Position numbers and translations under genes: made by a program. DNA of 63,452 nucleotides, filler included, from an uncultured Methanosarcinales archaeon (GTDB lineage Archaea; Nanobdellota; Nanobdellia; Woesearchaeales; B54-G15), in the NCBI GenBank assembly GCA_964519225.1. It is 3 parts of 3 records of this genome, joined end to end, with 100 filler letters (N's around TTAATTAATTAA, not from the genome) between each part and the next. Parts side by side here need not be neighbours in the genome. Positions count along the whole stretch, not along the records: positions 51,195 to 63,452 come from CAZFJK010000022.1; 2 more parts are not named here. One strand, written 5' to 3'. The notes under the pieces are model-generated. The model was not told where the DNA came from. It was given only the letters and a program-made list of their open reading frames with translations, and did no database searches. Below are positions 55,807-63,452 of the stretch, in pieces; position 1 is the first letter of the stretch; every line of letters starts with the position of its first letter.

Positions 55807-55924
55807 TTGTTTTTATTTTATTTTCTTTCTCTTTCGATAAGTTGTAATTCATCACCATAAAGTTTAAATATCAGTTAGTATTCGAGAATGCTAACAAATT
55901 TATTGAAAACGAGGGGGTGTGTTA

Positions 55925-57097
55925 ATGAAAAAGCTATTTTTAGTATGTTTTGTGGCTCTACTTTTATTGCTGAGTGGGTGCGGGATTTCTGATTACATGA
56001 AACAAAAGGAAGTTGGTGAAGAAGAGGAACTTAGTCTGCTTGAAGAGAAGGAATTGATTGAAGAGGGTGTAGAGAACATAACTGAAGAAACAGCTGAAGT
56101 TGAGGAAGAAGCAGAGATCAAAAAAGGAATCGAAGAAGTCGAAGAAGTGGTAGCAGAAGAAATTACTGAAAAAGAAACTAACGTTTCTGAAGAGAAAGAG
56201 GAGGAAGAAACAGTTTCTACAAAGGTTGAAGAAGTAAATGAAGAAGACTTTGATGTTATAATTAAAGTAAAAGAAAGAGACCTGGTTAATCTTCAACCAA
56301 AAGTTATAGATCCCGATAATGATGATATTGCTTTTACTTATAGTGAACCTTTAGATGAAAATGGGAAATGGCAAACTGATTACGGTGATGCTGGAAAGTA
56401 TGTCATAACAATAACTGTGAGTGATGGTGTTACAACAACTGAGAAACAGATTCTTTTGGTTGTTGAAAAGGTAAATGTGCCGCCAGTAATTGAAGGTGTG
56501 GAAGACAAAATCGTTATTGATGAAGGTGACGTGCTCGAATTAAAGCCGCACGTTTATGATCCGAACAAAGATGAAGTGACGGTAAGCATAAGCCAACCAG
56601 TTGGAGACGATGGCATTTGGGAAACAGACTATCAAAGTGCAGGAGAATATACTGTTGTTATAACAGCAAGCGATGGTGAGCTTGAAACAACAAAAGAGAT
56701 ACAAGTTATCGTTAACAGAAAAAATGTTGCGCCAATAATTGAAGAATTAGAAGATGTTGAAGTGGATGAAGGTGAAGTAATTAAAATAACACCTAAAGTA
56801 ACTGATTTGAACGGCGATGAAGTGACGATCACCTTGAGCGAACCCGAAGGTAAAGAAGATGTTTGGAGCAAAGAGAATGGCTCCTTTATTTGGAATACGA
56901 CTTACACTGATCACGGTGAATATGTTATAACAGTCACTGCTTCCGACGGTGAATTAGAAAGCACAACAAACTTTACCATAACAATCAATGATATAAATAT
57001 GCCGCCAGAAATTATTGACGTTATAAATGTGGGTGAAGAGGCCGAAGAAACAGAAACTACAGCTGAAGCAGAAAGTGAAAACGCGACTGAAGAATAA
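55925..57097 (+). CDS. Lipoprotein with an acidic linker and three cadherin-like/Ig repeats
   Basis: Lipobox LLSGC; repeats D.D.D..WQTDYGDAGKY..TVSDG..N.PP. Confidence 0.85.
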   Translation: MKKLFLVCFVALLLLLSGCGISDYMKQKEVGEEEELSLLEEKELIEEGVENITEETAEVEEEAEIKKGIEEVEEVVAEEITEKETNVSEEKEEEETVSTKVEEVNEEDFDVIIKVKERDLVNLQPKVIDPDNDDIAFTYSEPLDENGKWQTDYGDAGKYVITITVSDGVTTTEKQILLVVEKVNVPPVIEGVEDKIVIDEGDVLELKPHVYDPNKDEVTVSISQPVGDDGIWETDYQSAGEYTVVITASDGELETTKEIQVIVNRKNVAPIIEELEDVEVDEGEVIKITPKVTDLNGDEVTITLSEPEGKEDVWSKENGSFIWNTTYTDHGEYVITVTASDGELESTTNFTITINDINMPPEIIDVINVGEEAEETETTAEAESENATEE

Positions 57098-57098
57098 A

Positions 57099-59297
57099 AT
57101 GTGGTATTGTAAATTTATTTTATTTTTCTTATTTTTAACCTTAGCTAGTTTTACTTGTTCTAATCTCCTTTATGCTAGTGATTTAGTTCCTAGTAAAGAT
57201 GATATCCTTAAGGAGATTGTTGTATGCGAAACAGACACTATCAAATTGAAACTTTCTACATATGATGCTGACGGAGACAAACTTACTTATATCTTTTCTC
57301 CGCCATTAAATGAAGAAGGGGAATGGAAAACCAATTATGGTGACGCTGGTGAATATATTGTTAATGTAACTGTTTCTGATGGAGAAAATATCATTGCGAA
57401 AAGGGTTAAAATTATTGTTCTGCCTAAAAACAGGCCGCCGAAGGTTGTTATGCCTGATGAGGTCGTTGCTTTTGAAGGTGATTTGATCGAGATCAAACCA
57501 GAAATTTATGATTATGAAGATGATCAAATAACAGTAAGCGCGACACCTCCGCTAGGGGATGATTTGAAATGGCAGACCACCTACGATGATGCCGGGATTT
57601 ATGATGTTGAGATTTTGTTTTCTGATGGTGAGAATGTCGTTAAAAAAAATGTTAAAATCATTGTTCAGGATAAGAACAGATTGCCAGAATTCACTGTAAT
57701 TGAACCTGAAGATGATGCAATTTCGATAAAAGAAAGCCAAAATATTTCTTTTTATGTTGATGCTTTCGACCCAGATTTAGATGAACTTAATTTTCTCTGG
57801 TTTGTGGATGAAAAAAAAGTTGGTGAAGGAAAAAGTTTTGTTTTGAAAACTGGGTTTAAAGATGCAGGTAAAAAAACAGTTGAAGTTGTTGTTAATGACG
57901 GGAAAAACATAGTGCAGAAAAAGTGGTTTGTGCATGTTAAAGATGTGAATAGAAAACCAACATTGGAAGTAAGTCCTGAAAAATTAAAAGTGAAGGAGGG
58001 AGATCTTGTAAAACTCACAGTTAAAGCATCTGATCCGGACGATGATCCTTTTGACATTGACATTGAAGAGCCGTTTGATAAAAATTTCGAATGGCAAACA
58101 GACTACGATGATGCAGGCAATTATACAATAATGATTAAAGTTAGCGATGGAAAAGATAGCGTAAAAAAATTTGTTCATGTAGAAGTTAAGGATATGAATA
58201 GAAAGCCTGTCTTTAAAGATGTTCCTAAACTAAAGGTTGTTGAAGGCGGCTTTGTGACGCTAGATTTGAATACGTATGTTAATGATCCTGATGGCGATGA
58301 AATTACTTTATATGCTGGAAGGCTGCCGAAGGGGGCTGAATTTATTAACGGTATTTTAATTTACAAACCCGGCTTCGATACCGTAGTACATAGCCACGGT
58401 TTGCTCGGCTGGAAAAACAAAACTCAAAAGAAGATTGTTGTTTACGCTTCTGATGGAAAAGATGAAACAAAGAAAAAAATACGTATTGATGTTTTTGATA
58501 AGAACAGACCGCCAACAATTGAATCTATAGACGATATTTGGATAGAAGAAGGCGATGAGATTAGAATTAATCCTAAAGTGAGCGATCTAGATTGTGATGA
58601 ATTAAAAATTACTTTCAGTCCACCACTTAATGAAAGAGGGCAGTGGCAAACAGATTACGATGATGCAGGGTCATACGTTGTTAGAGTAACTGTTTCAGAC
58701 GGAATCGACAATACATCTTTACAGTTTAAAATCAATGTTGAAAATGTCAATCGGCTTCCTGAAATAAATTTGCCCGAGAAATTTGAGATTTTTGAAAATG
58801 AAACATTAAAGATAAATTTTGCTTCTGGTATTTTTGATCCTGATGGAGATGAGTTAGAAATTCTTGTAAAGAACGTGCCAGAAAATGCAACTTTTGTTAA
58901 TAACACTTTTGAATGGATACCGAGTTTTGACTTTGTTCAAAATGCCGAACTTAGAAATGCTACACTTGATTTTGTTGTAAGTGATGGAAAAAATTTAACC
59001 AGCGGCAAGATTGTGATTGAAGTTAAAAATAAAAACAGGCCGCCAAAGATAGAAAAAGCATTACAATCAGCTAAAACAGTGTTTGTTGGTGATAGTGTTC
59101 ATTTCAAAGTTGTTGCGTCTGATCCTGATGGTGATGAGCTTTTATATAAATGGAAATTCGGTTTGCTTGATGCTGTTGAGGGCGCAAGCATGCTAAGAAG
59201 AACTTTTACTTCCAGTGGTAATAAGCTGATTAAGGCGATTGTTTGCGACAAAGAATCATGCATAGAGCAATCTTTTTCTGTAAGTGTTGTAGGTTAA
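57099..59297 (+). CDS. Secreted protein with tandem cadherin-like/PKD Ig repeats
   Basis: Signal peptide from MWYCK; repeated DPDGD..WQTDYDDAG..VSDG..NRPP units. Confidence 0.85.
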   Translation: MWYCKFILFFLFLTLASFTCSNLLYASDLVPSKDDILKEIVVCETDTIKLKLSTYDADGDKLTYIFSPPLNEEGEWKTNYGDAGEYIVNVTVSDGENIIAKRVKIIVLPKNRPPKVVMPDEVVAFEGDLIEIKPEIYDYEDDQITVSATPPLGDDLKWQTTYDDAGIYDVEILFSDGENVVKKNVKIIVQDKNRLPEFTVIEPEDDAISIKESQNISFYVDAFDPDLDELNFLWFVDEKKVGEGKSFVLKTGFKDAGKKTVEVVVNDGKNIVQKKWFVHVKDVNRKPTLEVSPEKLKVKEGDLVKLTVKASDPDDDPFDIDIEEPFDKNFEWQTDYDDAGNYTIMIKVSDGKDSVKKFVHVEVKDMNRKPVFKDVPKLKVVEGGFVTLDLNTYVNDPDGDEITLYAGRLPKGAEFINGILIYKPGFDTVVHSHGLLGWKNKTQKKIVVYASDGKDETKKKIRIDVFDKNRPPTIESIDDIWIEEGDEIRINPKVSDLDCDELKITFSPPLNERGQWQTDYDDAGSYVVRVTVSDGIDNTSLQFKINVENVNRLPEINLPEKFEIFENETLKINFASGIFDPDGDELEILVKNVPENATFVNNTFEWIPSFDFVQNAELRNATLDFVVSDGKNLTSGKIVIEVKNKNRPPKIEKALQSAKTVFVGDSVHFKVVASDPDGDELLYKWKFGLLDAVEGASMLRRTFTSSGNKLIKAIVCDKESCIEQSFSVSVVG

Positions 59298-59381
59298 TTG
59301 TTGTGAGTTGATATTTAACTGAAAAGTTTTTAAAGAGCAATGTGTGTTCTGCTAAAATAAAAAAACAAAAGGGGTGAAAAT

Positions 59382-59759
59382 ATGACTCCGATCGAGGTTA
59401 TGGCTCTTATTTTTGTGCTTCTTGGCATTGCAAAGCTTGTTGCGGTGTTTGTTAGTCCGAGAAGCTGGTTGAAAGTTGTTAGGATCGTATATAAAATACC
59501 CTGGATAACAGCAATCGTTGCATTGGTATTAGTATTTGTTACATTGGGATATCTCCTTATAGAGTTGACAATAGTTCAAGTATTTGCAGTAATGCTGTTT
59601 GTATGCTTTTTGATGATGCTCGGATGGGCGCCGTTATCAAAAGAAATGATAGAGTTCAAAGAAAGATTAGCAACAAGGACAAACTTAAAACGATTGTGGC
59701 TTGCAATAGCGGTTTGGATAATCCTGCTTGTTTGGGCATTGTATACAATCCTTTCTTAA
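59382..59759 (+). CDS. Small 4-TM membrane protein
   Basis: Hydrophobic 125-aa ORF with SD ggggtga. Confidence 0.7.
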   Translation: MTPIEVMALIFVLLGIAKLVAVFVSPRSWLKVVRIVYKIPWITAIVALVLVFVTLGYLLIELTIVQVFAVMLFVCFLMMLGWAPLSKEMIEFKERLATRTNLKRLWLAIAVWIILLVWALYTILS

Positions 59760-59772
59760 TTTTATTTTTTAA

Positions 59773-61215
59773 ATGGACCCTACGATTAAGCTTGCTTTGG
59801 AAACTGTTGAACTTGGTAAGCAGGCTATAGTTTTCTGCGGAACAAAAAGCAGTGCTGAGAAAACAGCCGAAGAAATCGCAAAGAAAATTAAAGTTGATGA
59901 TGTAAAGCATAAAGAACTCTCTGTTCTTTCAGATCAGCTTTTGCACGTGCTTGATAAGCCAACAAAGCAGTGCGAAAGACTTGCTAAATGCGTGAAAAAG
60001 GGAATTGCATTTCATCATGCAGGACTTGTAAATAAACAGAGAAGATTAATTGAGGATAATTTTAGAAATGGAACAATAAAGATAATATGCGCAACTCCAA
60101 CTTTAGCTTATGGAGTCGATCTTCCAGCTTTTAGGGTTATTATCAAAACATTGCGAAGATACGAACATGGATATATGGAATGGATTCCTGCGCTTGAGTA
60201 TTTGCAAATGGCCGGAAGGGCTGGCAGACCTAAATATGATAAAATAGGCGAGGCAATAGCTATAGCTACAACAGAAGCAATGAAGGATGAGATTATAGAG
60301 CGTTACATTCAGGGGTTGCCTGAAGAAATTGTTTCAAAGCTTGCTGTTGAGCCCGTCCTTAGAATGCATCTTCTTGCGTTAATAGCGACTGGTTTTGTGC
60401 GAACAAAGAAAGATATAATTGAATTTTTTAAATCAACTTTTTGGGCAAAACAATTCTCTGATTTTGAAATGATCAGCGTGATTATTGAAAGAATGCTGAA
60501 CCTGCTCGTGAAAATTGGTTTTGTTAAAAAACAAAAAGATATTTATAGGGCTACAAGGCTTGGCTTAAGAGTAAGTCAGTTATACATAGATCCTTTAACT
60601 GCGTATCACATTGTAAATTGTATCAAAGTTGCTGAAAAAGTTGGAAAAGAACCCAGTGCATTGGCTTTATTGCAAATGATTTCGCATACGGCTGAAATGA
60701 GACCGTTGCCGGCGGTTAAAGCTAAAGAATACGATGAACTGCAGGAATTCTTATTCAAGCATAGTAGAGAATTGCTTGAAAAAGAGCCAAGTATGTGGGA
60801 TATTGAATATGAGGATTTTCTTTCATCAGTAAAGTTAGCAAGATTGTTTTTAGATTGGATAAATGAAATCGATGAAGAGATTATTCTTGAAAGATATAGA
60901 ATAAGGCCTGGAGAAACGAGAGCGAAACTTGAGATAGCTGACTGGTTGCTTTATTCGGCAAGCGAACTGGCTAAGATTATTGGAAATAAGCTTTTTGCTA
61001 GTGCTGTTAAAAAGCTAAGGTTAAGAATGAAGTACGGTGTTAAAGAAGAACTGCTTGAGCTAGTTCAGCTTAAAGAGATCGGTAGAGTTAGGGCAAGAAT
61101 GCTTTATTCTTTTGGAATAAAAAATATTGCTGATTTACGCATAGTAAAGAAGGAGCGTTTGAAAAAGATACTTGGAAAAAAGATAACTGAAAAGGTTTTA
61201 TCGCAAATTGAATAA
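59773..61215 (+). CDS. hel308: Hel308/Ski2-like helicase, C-terminal part only (no Walker A / DExH domain)
   Basis: Starts just before motif IV (IVFCGTK); has FHHAGL, ATPTLAYGVDLPA, QMAGRAGRP, WH, ratchet and HhH (IGRVRAR); 480 aa. Confidence 0.85.
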   Translation: MDPTIKLALETVELGKQAIVFCGTKSSAEKTAEEIAKKIKVDDVKHKELSVLSDQLLHVLDKPTKQCERLAKCVKKGIAFHHAGLVNKQRRLIEDNFRNGTIKIICATPTLAYGVDLPAFRVIIKTLRRYEHGYMEWIPALEYLQMAGRAGRPKYDKIGEAIAIATTEAMKDEIIERYIQGLPEEIVSKLAVEPVLRMHLLALIATGFVRTKKDIIEFFKSTFWAKQFSDFEMISVIIERMLNLLVKIGFVKKQKDIYRATRLGLRVSQLYIDPLTAYHIVNCIKVAEKVGKEPSALALLQMISHTAEMRPLPAVKAKEYDELQEFLFKHSRELLEKEPSMWDIEYEDFLSSVKLARLFLDWINEIDEEIILERYRIRPGETRAKLEIADWLLYSASELAKIIGNKLFASAVKKLRLRMKYGVKEELLELVQLKEIGRVRARMLYSFGIKNIADLRIVKKERLKKILGKKITEKVLSQIE

Positions 61216-61226
61216 ATAATTCAAAT

Positions 61227-61856
61227 CTAGAATTTTGATTTAAAATATACAGCATTTAGATTATTTTGCTTTGCTAAAGCTTTGGCTAAATCATAATCTT
61301 CTTGAGAATCTCCAATGACAAGTACATTTTTTCCATGGCAAAGAAGTTCAAGTTTTTCTATTGTTTCTGGATCGGTTTTGTTTCCTGTTAAGATTACATA
61401 ATCGAATTTAAATTGATTACCGTACTGCTCCGCTATTTCTTTCCTTGTTCTTGTAACTAAGATTTTGGTTGCATTTCTGTAGGTATTGAGTAATGCCCTT
61501 ACGGCTTGGGGAAGTATTCGTCTTCTATAAAATGATGGATTTTGCGGCATCTTTATTTTAAAACCATTGAGATGATGTTCCAGCCATAAAGAACTTTCAT
61601 GTTTTTTGCCATGCAGTAAATAGGATATGCCGCATTTAAATAGCCATATTAAAAAAGATGGTTTGGAAATATTCTCAGGTATCGATCTTAAAACAAGTTC
61701 AAGAGTGATTTGACCTGCCAGAGTTCCGTCAAGGTCTACTATAATAGTGTCTATTGAACTTGGATCAGTTCGCCTTTTGATTTTCCTCGCCATGGAAATC
61801 GCCTTCCAAATTGGTTTAAAACTATTAGAGTTCTTACGAAAAAGGTCCATTTGCAA
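61227..61856 (-). CDS. HAD-superfamily hydrolase
   Basis: IIVDLDGTL, LVTR, VIGDSQED; true start may be 61793. Confidence 0.78.
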   Translation of the reverse strand: MQMDLFRKNSNSFKPIWKAISMARKIKRRTDPSSIDTIIVDLDGTLAGQITLELVLRSIPENISKPSFLIWLFKCGISYLLHGKKHESSLWLEHHLNGFKIKMPQNPSFYRRRILPQAVRALLNTYRNATKILVTRTRKEIAEQYGNQFKFDYVILTGNKTDPETIEKLELLCHGKNVLVIGDSQEDYDLAKALAKQNNLNAVYFKSKF

Positions 61857-62836
61857 TAACTTTCTTTGTTCATCTCATAATATTTCTTTGGAAATCTGCT
61901 TTTCGATATGGCTTTTTTCAGAGACGCAATGAATTTTTCTTCGCTTGAGAAGTCTATTTCCTCTGGCCTTGGACAAAAAAGTGATGTTGCAATATCTTTT
62001 GGATGTCTTGAATCAGGGGTTGCTATTGCTGGAATTCCTGTTTCTGCAGCATATTGTTTTGCAAGTTGATTGTATTTGCGGGCATCAATTAAGCATGGAA
62101 CTAATCTTATGCACTGGCTATTATGAACTTCAATAGCATCAATAAGTTCTTTTTCAAGAAGTTCGTCGAGTTTTTGTTTTCCGCATCCTCCGAAAGCTAC
62201 GGCAAAAGGATGTGCTGCTATTGGTATGCCATCCATTTCTTTGATTTGCTTAGCATTGTCTGCAGGAGTGTTGTAAATTTTTGGCTGTTGATTTATGCAT
62301 ATTCCAAGTATATGGCCTTCTAATTCGTGGAATTCGATTGCGTGCAGCAGATAAAGATGATTTCCTGTTTTTTTATGTTTGATGATTGCTAGCCTATCTG
62401 AATAATGATCAAGCGAATATTTCTCTGCTAGTTCTTGCTCCGATAAAATTTTCGGAAGGTTTCTGTAAAGAAAATCATTGCTTGTGTCTGTTATTGCAAG
62501 AATGCCTGGTTTTTCAGCATTGGTAAGCTGCTTAAAAGCATCTCTCAAAAGCACCGGGATTTTTGAGTAGTTTGTTGAATAATCAGAAAATTCGCTGTGG
62601 TTATGCAATGAGATTTTTATTCTATCGGTTAAATCAATAGATTTTGGTTTTTTAGCTTGTTCTGGAAAGAGCAGCATATCTAAGCCAAAAGCAACTGTTG
62701 AAAGAGAAGAAAATCCAAGCAAATCTATTATTTCTTGAGGAATTGCATGAGTGGCTTTTCCTGCAGCATAAATAGCTGAAAGTCCAATGCCAGATAAAAT
62801 TGTTGGAAGACCATAGTTATGATTCTTTTGATTCAT
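61751..62836 (-). CDS. PHP-domain protein with an N-terminal membrane anchor
   Basis: SLHNHS, AITD, GHILG, AAHPF, IEVHN, PDSRH. Confidence 0.78.
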   Translation of the reverse strand: MNQKNHNYGLPTILSGIGLSAIYAAGKATHAIPQEIIDLLGFSSLSTVAFGLDMLLFPEQAKKPKSIDLTDRIKISLHNHSEFSDYSTNYSKIPVLLRDAFKQLTNAEKPGILAITDTSNDFLYRNLPKILSEQELAEKYSLDHYSDRLAIIKHKKTGNHLYLLHAIEFHELEGHILGICINQQPKIYNTPADNAKQIKEMDGIPIAAHPFAVAFGGCGKQKLDELLEKELIDAIEVHNSQCIRLVPCLIDARKYNQLAKQYAAETGIPAIATPDSRHPKDIATSLFCPRPEEIDFSSEEKFIASLKKAISKSRFPKKYYEMNKESYCKWTFFVRTLIVLNQFGRRFPWRGKSKGELIQVQ

Positions 62837-62844
62837 TTTAATTT

Positions 62845-63444
62845 TTATTCTGTTTTTTGTTTATGTCTTCCTCTCTTTTCGACTTTTTCGAGACGTTTCA
62901 GAATTAGATCTGCATCTTTTGCGTGCTTTGCATAAGATTCTAGTGCTACTTTGAATGCTTCCTGCCAAACAGTGTAATGCTTGCTTTCAAGGGCTTGTCT
63001 GAAAAGGTGGAGGTCTACGGCTTTGTCTTCTACTTTATGTGAAAAGAAGCTCAGTCCAAAATCTATAAGATGGATTTTATTATCTTTTAAGATCATGTTT
63101 GAGGTTGTTAAATCGCCGTGAATTATGCCAAGGTTGTGAATTTGGGCTATTAGTTTTCCTATTTCTTTAGCGTAATCAATAGGGCTTTCTTCAAAGCAAT
63201 CTCTGAGTTTCTTTCCTGCTAGAAATTCCATTTCTATGCGCATTTCTTTATCGCAAAAAGAAAAAAGCATCGGAACTGGAATTCCTGCTTCAGCAAGCTT
63301 TTGGATTACTTTTGCTTCACGTCTTGTTCTTTGCTTTCTAAATTGAAGATCCACTTCAGCTATTCTGTAATCTTTTGGCTGTCTTATCTTCACGACTCTA
63401 TCTCCTTCTTTAATCAAAATTGCTTCTGCGCCTTGGGAGAGCAT
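62845..63444 (-). CDS. bud32: KEOPS complex kinase Bud32
   Basis: QGAEA, RTRREA, HGDLTTSNM, IDFGL, EDKAVDL, VEKRGR. Confidence 0.94.
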   Translation of the reverse strand: MLSQGAEAILIKEGDRVVKIRQPKDYRIAEVDLQFRKQRTRREAKVIQKLAEAGIPVPMLFSFCDKEMRIEMEFLAGKKLRDCFEESPIDYAKEIGKLIAQIHNLGIIHGDLTTSNMILKDNKIHLIDFGLSFFSHKVEDKAVDLHLFRQALESKHYTVWQEAFKVALESYAKHAKDADLILKRLEKVEKRGRHKQKTE

Positions 63445-63452
63445 TTTAGATT

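Overview
AT-rich archaeal DNA, most consistent with a DPANN / Woesearchaeota-like genome. The basis is the archaeal ribosomal and translation genes, GINS, Alba, XerA, BHB-type tRNA introns and a bacterial-type ThrRS; the lineage is inferred, not proven. The window is three contigs joined by artificial 100-bp N-TTAATTAATTAA-N linkers (25903-26002, 51095-51194), so adjacency across those points means nothing. Most of it is housekeeping: thrS, argS, hisS, metG, map, ribosomal proteins, aIF2a-Nop10-PAC2, rad50, seven tRNAs, S-layer and Ig-repeat surface proteins. Main findings: (1) a ~9.3-kb kinase-free signalling island at 1-9339 with a Cache-like/HAMP receptor lacking an output domain, a roadblock/MglB protein, a degenerate-KaiC/MglA-type GTPase fusion, three more KaiC/RAD55 ATPases, a V4R protein, a TrmB regulator, a rhomboid protease and a SAM-methyltransferase + LuxI/FeeM-like acyltransferase pair, together a candidate small-molecule (quorum-sensing-like) circuit; (2) a Schlafen/AlbA_2-HATPase-wHTH gene bracketed by 63-bp direct repeats built from TGTTACG units, which abut its promoter and supply its stop codon; (3) two tandem dif-like 11-6-11 palindromes around the promoter of the xerA operon; (4) a tRNA-Leu with a non-canonical T-loop intron; (5) several truncated, frameshifted or catalytically degenerate genes (Hel308 C-half, Dph2 N-domain, LAGLIDADG, HAD).
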